Below, one piece after another: positions 9,201 to 16,150 of a DNA stretch of 20,000 nt (position 1 is its first letter; each line of letters opens with the position of its first letter). This DNA comes from an uncultured virus (IMG/VR IMGVR_UViG_3300021093_000053) (lineage: Duplodnaviria > Heunggongvirae > Uroviricota > Caudoviricetes): the IMG/VR virus record IMGVR_UViG_3300021093_000053, one strand, 5' to 3'. The notes beneath the pieces are model-generated. The model was not told the DNA's origin and ran no database searches. It was given only the letters and a program-made list of their open reading frames with translations. A program made the translations under genes and the position numbers.

Positions 9201-11240
9201 AATACTGTAACTCCAACTAATACACCTACTAATACTGTAACTCCAACTAATACTGTAACTCCATCTATCACGCCTACTAAAACTGTAACACCTACTAATA
9301 CTATTACTCCAACTAATACTGTAACTCCGACTATAACACCTACTAATACCATAACACCAACTAATACTCAAACTCCATCTATCACGCCTACTAAAACTGT
9401 AACACCTACTAATACTATTACTCCAACTAATACTGTAACTCCGACTATAACACCTACTAATACCATAACACCAACTAATACTCAAACTCCATCTATCACG
9501 CCTACTAAAACTGTAACACCTACTAATACTATTACTCCAACTAATACTGTAACTCCGACTATAACACCTACTAATACTGTAACTCCAACTAATACTGTAA
9601 CTCCAACTATAACACCTACTAATACTGTAACTCCAACTAATACTATAACTCCAACTAATACTCAAACTCCATCTATCACACCTACTAAAACTGTAACTCC
9701 AACTATTTCATTAACACCAACAAGAACTCAAACTCCGACTATAACACCTACTAATACTATTACTCCAACTAATACTATTACTCCAACTAATACCATAACA
9801 CCAACTATAACACAAACACCAACTAATACAGTTACTCCAACTATTTCATTAACACCAACAAGAACTCAAACTCCAACTATAACACCTACTAATACTATTA
9901 CTCCAACTATTTCATTAACGCCAACAAGAACAGTTACACCATCTATAACTCCAACTAATACTATAACGCCAACAAGAACAGTTACACCATCTATAACGCC
10001 AACAAGAACAGTTACACCATCTATTACACCTACAGTTACACCAACAACACCATATAGGTTTTATTTAATGAGTGATTGTTGTACAAATACTAAAACTAAT
10101 GTAATGAGTTTACCGACCGCATTTGCATCTGTAGGAAATACTTTTGTTTCTACAGGAGGAGTTTGTTATTCGGTATCGGCAATCGTTGAGGGACCTGCAA
10201 ATGTTACTTGGAATGGGGGTACTATATATAGTGGGGGTACTCCATCTGAAAATTGTACTAGATGTACCGCGGCCAATATTTGCCCTTCACCTACCCCAAC
10301 GACTACAAAAACACCGACACCTACCCCAACAATTACAAGAACACCAACAGTAACACCAACAAGAACTCAAACTCCAACTATTTCATTAACACCAACAAGA
10401 ACTCAAACTCCGACTATAACACCTACTAATACTATAACTCCAACTAATACTGTAACTCCAAGTAATACTGTAACTCCGACTATAACACCTACTAATACTA
10501 TTACTCCAACTATTTCATTAACACCAACAAGAACTCAAACTCCAACTATAACACCTACTAATACTATTACTCCAACTATTTCATTAACACCAACTAGAAC
10601 TGTAACACCTACAGTAACTCCAAGTATTTCTGTTTCACCAACTAGAACTGTAACACCTACAGTAACTCCAAGTATTTCTGTTTCACCAACTAGAACTGTA
10701 ACACCTACAGTAACTCCAAGTATTTCTGTTTCACCAACTAGAACTGTAACACCTACAGTAACTCCAAGTATTTCTGTTTCACCAACTAGAACTGTAACAC
10801 CTACAGTAACTCCAAGTATTTCTGTTTCACCAACTAGAACTGTAACACCTACAGTAACTCCTACCATTTCATTAACGCCGACTAGAACTGTAACACCTAC
10901 AGTAACTCCTACCATTTCATTAACACCAACGAGAACTCAAACCCCAACTATAACCCCTACACCAACAATGACACCAACACCAACACAGTGTGGGGATGCT
11001 TCATGTTGTCAAATAGAATTATGTTTTGGGCCTGATTGTAGGGGGGCTTGTGGTTGTAATCAAACAGACACATTCTATCTACATTTACCGTGTGGTGGTA
11101 ATTGTAAATTATCAAATGCGGATGGTATATTTGAGGACCCGAGGTGTACAACTCCGGCAAATAGAAAGTACTATTCAGATGGGAATGATTGTTACTATTG
11201 GGATGGAATAAGTTCATTATCTTACGAAGGCCCTTGTTAA
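6240..11240 (+). CDS. Mucin-like Thr/Pro tandem-repeat protein with Cys-rich modules (1666 aa), probable virion surface fibre
   Basis: One ORF with about 1000 aa of continuous (T-X)n repeats plus a second block of about 230 aa. These are flanked or separated by five small Cys-containing domains. No signal peptide or TM segment is visible. Confidence 0.85.
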   Translation: MIQSIEITGASGTGPYDIEVCDITLSLCVPIASSVPIPPTYQFTLPNVLSGATEVVVRLIDSEGCPCLQVCPCILPSQTPTLTPTITPTMTVNCNCLEFNNEDVIEHTISFIDCSGNNIDTVISPETVLTFCGKSPSVSSPSVIVTIGDFCVGGVCPPPPPTLTPTQTPTNTSTPTITPTKTLVPLVGYFQYCCDPSNIVIISTIPLSYYPLSGVYYVESAGFNGCVTSIPPTFSPNAYVYIDAISFTSCSDCESTYPCPSPTPTVTPTITPTETVTPTVTSTPTTTPTVTPTETVTPTVTSTPTTTPTVTPTETVTPTVTITPTNTVTPTVTKTSTPTITPTKTSTVTPTVTRTQTITPTNTVRPTNTPTNTITPTKTQTPTITPTHTITQTNTVTPTNTVTPTNTITPTITRTPTNTITPTNTPTNTVTPTNTITPTNTVTPTITPTNTITPTITRTPTNTITPTNTPTNTVTPTNTITPTNTVTPTITPTNTVTPTNTITPTNTVTPSITPTKTVTPTNTITPTISLTPTRTQTPTITPTNTVTPTNTVTPSNTVTPTITPTNTITPTISLTPTRTQTPTITPTNTITPTNTITPTNTVTPTITPTNTITPTNTVTPTNTVTPTNTVTPTNTPTNTVTPTITQTPTNTVTPTVTPTISLTPTRTQTPTITPTNTVTPTNTVTPTITPTNTVTPTNTVTPTITPTNTVTPTNTVTPTNTVTPTITPTNTITPTNTVTPTITPTNTITPTNTVTPSITPTKTVTPTNTVTPTNTVTPTNTITPTNTQTPSITPTKTVTPTNTITPTNTVTPTNTQTPSITPTKTVTPTITQTPSNTVTPTITPTNTITPTRTQTPTITPTNTITPTISLTPTRTQTPTITQTPTNTPTNTVTPTNTVTPTNTITPSITPTKTVTPTNTITPTNTPTNTVTPTNTVTPSITPTKTVTPTNTITPTNTPTNTVTPTNTVTPSITPTKTVTPTNTITPTNTVTPTNTPTNTVTPTNTVTPSITPTKTVTPTNTITPTNTVTPTITPTNTITPTNTQTPSITPTKTVTPTNTITPTNTVTPTITPTNTITPTNTQTPSITPTKTVTPTNTITPTNTVTPTITPTNTVTPTNTVTPTITPTNTVTPTNTITPTNTQTPSITPTKTVTPTISLTPTRTQTPTITPTNTITPTNTITPTNTITPTITQTPTNTVTPTISLTPTRTQTPTITPTNTITPTISLTPTRTVTPSITPTNTITPTRTVTPSITPTRTVTPSITPTVTPTTPYRFYLMSDCCTNTKTNVMSLPTAFASVGNTFVSTGGVCYSVSAIVEGPANVTWNGGTIYSGGTPSENCTRCTAANICPSPTPTTTKTPTPTPTITRTPTVTPTRTQTPTISLTPTRTQTPTITPTNTITPTNTVTPSNTVTPTITPTNTITPTISLTPTRTQTPTITPTNTITPTISLTPTRTVTPTVTPSISVSPTRTVTPTVTPSISVSPTRTVTPTVTPSISVSPTRTVTPTVTPSISVSPTRTVTPTVTPSISVSPTRTVTPTVTPTISLTPTRTVTPTVTPTISLTPTRTQTPTITPTPTMTPTPTQCGDASCCQIELCFGPDCRGACGCNQTDTFYLHLPCGGNCKLSNADGIFEDPRCTTPANRKYYSDGNDCYYWDGISSLSYEGPC
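7053..7177 (+). repeat. Perfect 60-nt tandem duplication (PTETVTPTVTSTPTTTPTVT x2)
   Basis: Sequence lines 7021, 7081 and 7141 align exactly at period 60. Confidence 0.9.
7420..10045 (+). repeat. Coding minisatellite of 18-nt ([30 protein letters not shown]) and 12-nt (PTIT/PSIT/PTNT) units with higher-order duplications
   Basis: The core unit CCAACTAATACTGTAACT recurs throughout. A 132-nt duplication starts at 7452 and 7584. The CCATCTATCACGCC cassette recurs at 8955, 9051, 9147, 9261, 9375 and 9489 (spacings 96, 96, 114, 114, 114). Confidence 0.95.
10590..10925 (+). repeat. 48-nt tandem repeat, 5 perfect copies (PTRTVTPTVTPSISVS) plus 2 variant copies
   Basis: CCAACTAGAACTGTAACACCTACAGTAACTCCAAGTATTTCTGTTTCA at 10590, 10638, 10686, 10734 and 10782, followed by two PTISLT variants. 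Confidence 0.95.
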
Positions 11241-11241
11241 T

Positions 11242-11270
11242 AAAAAACCCCCACTTTTAAGGTGAGGGTT
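11242..11270 (-). terminator. Intrinsic terminator-like hairpin; U-tract on the minus strand (possibly bidirectional)
   Basis: Plus strand AAAAAACCCCCACTTTTAAGGTGAGGGTT. On the minus strand AACCCTCAC pairs with GTGGGGGTT (one U-G pair) and runs into a T-tract. Confidence 0.6.
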
Positions 11271-11326
11271 AATAATTATACTATTTTCTTTATCTTTTTT
11301 TTAAGTATTTTTTCAGTAAAAAAGAT

Positions 11327-12574
11327 ATGAAAATTTTTGTTCAAATTGCCTCATATAGAGACCCCCAATTAATACCAACAATAAAAAACATGTTTGAAAA
11401 TGCTAAAAGACCAAAAAATTTGGTTTTAAGTATTTGTAGACAATATCACCCTGAAGATGGTTTCGATAATCTTGATGAATATAAAAGTGATAAAAGATTT
11501 AGAATTATTGATGTTTTGTATTCAGAGTCTAAAGGAGTTTGTTGGGCGAGAAATCTAACACAACAACAATATCAAGGTGAAGATTATACATTACAAATCG
11601 ACTCTCACATGAGGTTTGAGAAAGATTGGGATGATACTCTAATTAAGATGATTAAACAACTCCAAAAGAAAGGGTTTGATAAACCTCTGTTAACAGGTTA
11701 TGTTTCATCATTTGACCCAGATAACGACCCCGCAGGTAGGGTTCAGGAACCATGGAGAATGGTATTTGATAGATTTATACCTGAAGGTGCGGTTTTCTTT
11801 TTACCTGAAACAATACCTGGCTGGAGGGAAATGGAAGAACCTGTTACGGCAAGATTTTATTCTGCTCACTTTGCATTTACGTTAGGTAAATTTAGTGAAG
11901 AGGTTCAACATGACCCCGAGTTTTACTTCCATGGAGAAGAGATTTCAATAGCCGCAAGAGCATATACTCATGGTTATGATTTATTCCATCCTCATAAAGT
12001 TGTGATTTGGCATGAATACACTCGTAAAGGAAGAACAAAACAATGGGACGATGATAAAGATTGGGCAACAAAAAATAATTTATCACATTCTAAAAATAGA
12101 CAATTATTCGGTATGGATGGGGAAGAAGTTTTATTAGATTTTAGTAAATACGGATTTGGTACCGAAAGAACTCTAAAAGATTATGAAATCTATTCAGGTT
12201 TAAGATTCTCAAGAAGAGCGGTCCAACAATATACATTAGATAAACATTACCCACCAAACCCAACAATATATAATACTGATGAAGAATGGGAGAGTAGCTT
12301 TGCATCAATCTTCAAACATTGTATTGATATTGGGTTTACTCAAGTACCTGAAAAAGATTATGAGTTTTGGGTGGTTGCGTTTCATGATGAAAAGGATGAA
12401 ACAATTTTCCGAAAAGATGCCGACATCAATGAAATTAATGGTATGATGAATGACCCTGATGGATATTGTAAAGTGTGGAGAGAATTCCAAACATCTCATA
12501 AACCAAAATATTGGGTTGTATGGCCTTATAGTGTATCAAAAGGATGGTGTGAAAGATTAACGGGTAATTTGTAA
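11327..12574 (+). CDS. GT60-like UDP-GlcNAc:polypeptide N-acetylglucosaminyltransferase (Pfam GlcNAc / Gnt1-OGNT family), 415 aa
   Basis: Family motifs IFVQIASYRD, SKGVCWAR, LQIDSHMRF..DWD (DxH at D92-S93-H94), SAHFAF, DP..YFHGEEI..AARAYTHGYDLF.P and WHEY.R. Confidence 0.85.
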   Translation: MKIFVQIASYRDPQLIPTIKNMFENAKRPKNLVLSICRQYHPEDGFDNLDEYKSDKRFRIIDVLYSESKGVCWARNLTQQQYQGEDYTLQIDSHMRFEKDWDDTLIKMIKQLQKKGFDKPLLTGYVSSFDPDNDPAGRVQEPWRMVFDRFIPEGAVFFLPETIPGWREMEEPVTARFYSAHFAFTLGKFSEEVQHDPEFYFHGEEISIAARAYTHGYDLFHPHKVVIWHEYTRKGRTKQWDDDKDWATKNNLSHSKNRQLFGMDGEEVLLDFSKYGFGTERTLKDYEIYSGLRFSRRAVQQYTLDKHYPPNPTIYNTDEEWESSFASIFKHCIDIGFTQVPEKDYEFWVVAFHDEKDETIFRKDADINEINGMMNDPDGYCKVWREFQTSHKPKYWVVWPYSVSKGWCERLTGNL

Positions 12575-13510
12575 ATGAAAAATATTAGAGTCCATAATCC
12601 CTGTAATGAACATACAAGATATTATAGAAATTATAATTACTTTTGGGATGAGTTTACAAACTATTTAAAAGAATTCTTTAATGTTGAAGAAAACCGATAC
12701 TTTGAGAATGCTCATAAAGAAAGATTTCCTGTTAATTTGAAAAAAGGAATCTCGGGTAATTTTTTATTATTAGAGTGTGAATATGTTATTGAAAATTTAG
12801 AAAGTGGTGAATTTGTTATTATGTCTGTTTCAGATGATTTATCTCATGCAACTTTAAATGAAAAGTCAAACCCATTTTTAAAAAAGGTATTAATCTCACA
12901 ATTTTTACCAAAAAAAATATTAGACCATGTTGGAGAACATATGTATAAATATTCCCCGTGGACATACTTCCAAGCTTCAATGGATGACTTATCAATATAT
13001 TACAATAAAAGACAAGAAAAGGAATTTTTAAATAATACTTTATATTTTAAAGGGACTTCTTTAGAAGATAGAAAAATCCTGAGTTTTATTGACAAAAATA
13101 TTATTACCGATTTTAATGTTATCACACCATCTAATTATTTTGATGATTTGATATCCCATAAAATTGCTTTGTCAGTTGATGGTAGAGGTGAATTTTGTTA
13201 TAGGGATGTTGAGTGTTTTGGGATAGGGGTACCCATTATTAGATATGAATATGTATCAAAATTTATTTCCCCGTTAATCCCTAACTACCATTATATATCA
13301 TTACCAAGACCATCTGATATGGGTTTATATAGGTTAGGTAATGAAACACACGCCAAATTATTGGAAAATAGATACCATGAAGTTATAAACGATAACGAAT
13401 TCTTATCATTCATCTCAAGAAACGCTAAAGAATATTATGATATTAATTTTTCACTTAACTCTAAAATAAAAAACACATTTAATTTATTAAATTTACAAGA
13501 TTGGGTATGA
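12575..13510 (+). CDS. GT-B glycosyltransferase, GT90/CAP10-like (or GT47 exostosin-like), 311 aa
   Basis: C-terminal half has LYFKG, HKIALSVDGRGEFCYRD.E, PLIPNYHYISL and ISRNAKEYYD, typical of the GT90/GT47-like donor-binding domain. Confidence 0.6.
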   Translation: MKNIRVHNPCNEHTRYYRNYNYFWDEFTNYLKEFFNVEENRYFENAHKERFPVNLKKGISGNFLLLECEYVIENLESGEFVIMSVSDDLSHATLNEKSNPFLKKVLISQFLPKKILDHVGEHMYKYSPWTYFQASMDDLSIYYNKRQEKEFLNNTLYFKGTSLEDRKILSFIDKNIITDFNVITPSNYFDDLISHKIALSVDGRGEFCYRDVECFGIGVPIIRYEYVSKFISPLIPNYHYISLPRPSDMGLYRLGNETHAKLLENRYHEVINDNEFLSFISRNAKEYYDINFSLNSKIKNTFNLLNLQDWV

Positions 13511-14382
13511 TACACGAAAATATATTATATGGATACGATTACGATTCAAATAAAAATGTTCTAATAGGTAGAGAAGAAATTAAAGATTACGGTTTCTTTT
13601 CAACTTTTACATTGATGATTTCATCAATAATGGTTGTCTATAAAAAATTTAAAAAAACCCCAAAATCTATAGATGGTAAATTCTTATTAAGAAAATTAAA
13701 AAAAGATTTAGATATTGATATGTATCAATATTTTTTTCATATTGACGACAGTATTGAAATAAATTTTGACGAAGAAATTCCCGTCCCTTTTAGTCCTGAT
13801 GACCAACACACAATATATTCTGAAAAGTATATCAAATACTATTTACCATTTTTTAAAAAGTATTTTAATGTTAACACAAACATTACGGAAAAAATTTCCT
13901 TTTTAAAAGAAAAATATGGTATTGATGAGGATAACTCAATTTCGGTTATTTACCGTGATTCTGATAAATGGACAGATTTTGGTGGGTTTAATTATATTTC
14001 CGCTGGAGGATATTTTAGAAAATGTAAGGAGATTATCGAATTAGAGAAAATAAGACCAAGAGTGATTATTCAATCTGAAAATAATGGAGTTATTAAAACA
14101 TTTCAAGAGGCATTCGGTTCTGTATTCTTCACTGAAACTTCTTTAGGTAATTCTTCCGAAATTTACCCACCAATACCAATAAACGATGAAATTAGATTAG
14201 AATGGTCTGAATATTATGTTGCCTCTTTATGGATATTATCAAAATGTAAACATGTTATAACATACACTGGTAATAGTTCTTTTTTCATCTATTTAAATCG
14301 AGGGACTACAAACAATTTTACACAAGAAATAACTTTTACAAAAGATTATAATGAGTTTTTTGTAACTAATAATAATATTTAA
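13507..14382 (+). CDS. NodZ/GT23-like (alpha-1,2/1,6/O-fucosyltransferase superfamily) glycosyltransferase, about 291 aa
   Basis: N-terminal GFFS; motif I SVIYRDSDK (cf. GVHxRxTDK); motif II VIIQSEN; motif III LWILSKCKHVITYTGNSS. Start placed at ATG 13507 (ATGA overlap with the upstream stop) rather than TTG 13501. Confidence 0.65.
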   Translation: MIHENILYGYDYDSNKNVLIGREEIKDYGFFSTFTLMISSIMVVYKKFKKTPKSIDGKFLLRKLKKDLDIDMYQYFFHIDDSIEINFDEEIPVPFSPDDQHTIYSEKYIKYYLPFFKKYFNVNTNITEKISFLKEKYGIDEDNSISVIYRDSDKWTDFGGFNYISAGGYFRKCKEIIELEKIRPRVIIQSENNGVIKTFQEAFGSVFFTETSLGNSSEIYPPIPINDEIRLEWSEYYVASLWILSKCKHVITYTGNSSFFIYLNRGTTNNFTQEITFTKDYNEFFVTNNNI

Positions 14383-14388
14383 AAAACT

Positions 14389-16149
14389 ATGAAAATATCA
14401 ATTGGTGACATCGTAGATAGATACTCTATCTGTAAATTAAAAAGTGAACGACTAAATTTAGACCTGTCAGATGAGATAAGTCAATTAGAATCTGAAATTG
14501 TTAATTATAAAGACATTACACAATATGTCGGGGACTTATATGAAGTAAACGGTTTAATATGGGATTTAGAGTCTGATATACGTAAGGGTAATGAAGAAAT
14601 TTTAGGTTTAGAGGAGATTGGCCGAAGAGCTTTAAAAATTAGAGATTTTAACAATTTAAGAGTAAAAATTAAAAATGAAGTTAATTCAAAATATGGGGAA
14701 GGTTTTATTGAGGTTAAAATGAATCATGGTAGTGAAAAGGAAAAATCTGTAATTATAACTTTAACAACAGTACCTGAAAGATTAGACAATCTAAAAGAAG
14801 ATGGTTTAAAATTAGTATTAAAATCATTATGTGAACAACTTGATGATGATTATGAGGTTCATTTTAATATACCCGAAAAATCCATGGTAACTAATAAACA
14901 ATACAATATACCGTCTTGGATTAGCGAATATAAATTAAAATACCCTCATCTAAAAATTTTCAGACCCGAAGATTTAGGACCACCAACCAAATTTGTACCT
15001 ACACTTGTGAGAGTCAAAAATCCTGAAACAATATTAATTGTTGTCGATGATGATTTAGTTTATCATAATGAAATGGTATCTGAACATAGAAAATATCAAA
15101 ATGAACTTTTAGATAGTGTGATAGGTTACGATGGAAGAGGTTGTGATGTTTTTTTACACAATAATGACATTAGGGATAGTTGGATACTGTGTGTTACTGA
15201 AATTAGAAAAACACATAGTTTACAACATTATAAATCAGTCTCATATAAGAAAAAATTATTTAAAGATGATTTCTTTACCGACTATTTAGGGTCGACTTTT
15301 TCAGACGATGTTTTGGTTTCGTTATATTTCAAAAATGAGGGTATACCGATGTATGTTGTTCCCTACGAAAAAGAAAACCATCTTTTTGAGACCAGAGAAC
15401 TATGGGATGAAAACCAAGGTGTAACAACATTTCCTGTTTTAAGGTACGCGTCTAGTGTTGAGGACACGGGATGTAATCATCCTGAGATGTTAGCAAAACA
15501 ACCAAAATTTTTTATACCTAATATAAAAACAACTAATAAACATATATCTCAGACTAACTTTACAACTGATAAAATTAATCATGGGTATATGGAAGTTTAC
15601 CAACCTTTATTTACAAGTATGAAAAATGTGAATAAAGTACTTGAGATAGGAATATATAAAGGGGAAAGTTTAGAACTTCTTTCTCATTTTTTTAAAGATA
15701 GTATAGTTTATGGTATTGATATAACTGATTGTTCTCATTTAAATTCTGATAAAATTAAAACATTTATTTGTAACCAAGAAAATATCGATGAATTAGAAGA
15801 TTTCATCTCAAAAGAAGGTGGTAATTTTGATTTAATTATTGACGATGGCGGACATACAATGAAACAACAACAAATTTCTTTGGGGGTATTATTTAAACAC
15901 TTAAAGGATGGAGGGGTTTATATTTTAGAAAATTTACACACTTCAGTTAGAGAAGGTTATAGGGATGAGAATGATATTATAACAACTTTGGATATGTTAA
16001 ATAAGTTAAATGATGGTGGTGAATTAATTACCAATCATATAACAGAAGAAAATAAGGAATATATTAAACAAAACGTAGACTCAATTAAAATATGGACAAG
16101 GACTCCTGATTTTAATGAAAGTGTAACATCAATAATTAAGAAAAAGTAA
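14389..16149 (+). CDS. Three-domain fusion: DUF6165-like helical domain + GT-A glycosyltransferase + class I SAM-dependent sugar O-methyltransferase (586 aa)
   Basis: N-terminus ISIGDIVDR..I.KLK / VNGLIWDLESDIR / NNLRVKIKNEVN (DUF6165-like). Middle IITLTTVPERL, GPPTKF, IVVDDD.VY (DxD GT-A). C-terminus TDK..HGY, VLEIG, YGIDI, FDLIIDDGGH, LKDGGVYILE (MycE/TylE-like). Confidence 0.75.
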   Translation: MKISIGDIVDRYSICKLKSERLNLDLSDEISQLESEIVNYKDITQYVGDLYEVNGLIWDLESDIRKGNEEILGLEEIGRRALKIRDFNNLRVKIKNEVNSKYGEGFIEVKMNHGSEKEKSVIITLTTVPERLDNLKEDGLKLVLKSLCEQLDDDYEVHFNIPEKSMVTNKQYNIPSWISEYKLKYPHLKIFRPEDLGPPTKFVPTLVRVKNPETILIVVDDDLVYHNEMVSEHRKYQNELLDSVIGYDGRGCDVFLHNNDIRDSWILCVTEIRKTHSLQHYKSVSYKKKLFKDDFFTDYLGSTFSDDVLVSLYFKNEGIPMYVVPYEKENHLFETRELWDENQGVTTFPVLRYASSVEDTGCNHPEMLAKQPKFFIPNIKTTNKHISQTNFTTDKINHGYMEVYQPLFTSMKNVNKVLEIGIYKGESLELLSHFFKDSIVYGIDITDCSHLNSDKIKTFICNQENIDELEDFISKEGGNFDLIIDDGGHTMKQQQISLGVLFKHLKDGGVYILENLHTSVREGYRDENDIITTLDMLNKLNDGGELITNHITEENKEYIKQNVDSIKIWTRTPDFNESVTSIIKKK

Positions 16150-16150
16150 T

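Noticed and set aside
6362..10915. Many minus-strand ORFs rich in VGVTVL or SISWSY
   Set aside because: They are antisense shadows of the Thr/Pro repeat (ACN/CCN codons give stop-poor reverse frames) and lie wholly inside the 1666-aa gene.
7420..10925. Possible CRISPR array or other non-coding repeat array
   Set aside because: Units are contiguous, all multiples of 3 nt and in frame within one ORF. There are no unique spacers and no cas genes.
6240..11240. Diversity-generating retroelement target (VR/TR pair)
   Set aside because: No reverse transcriptase in the window and no repeat pair differing specifically at adenines was seen; the repeats are simple coding duplications.
13501..13506. 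TTG start given by the ORF track for the 293-aa protein
   Set aside because: An in-frame ATG two codons later (13507) overlaps the upstream TGA (ATGA), the usual translational-coupling arrangement.
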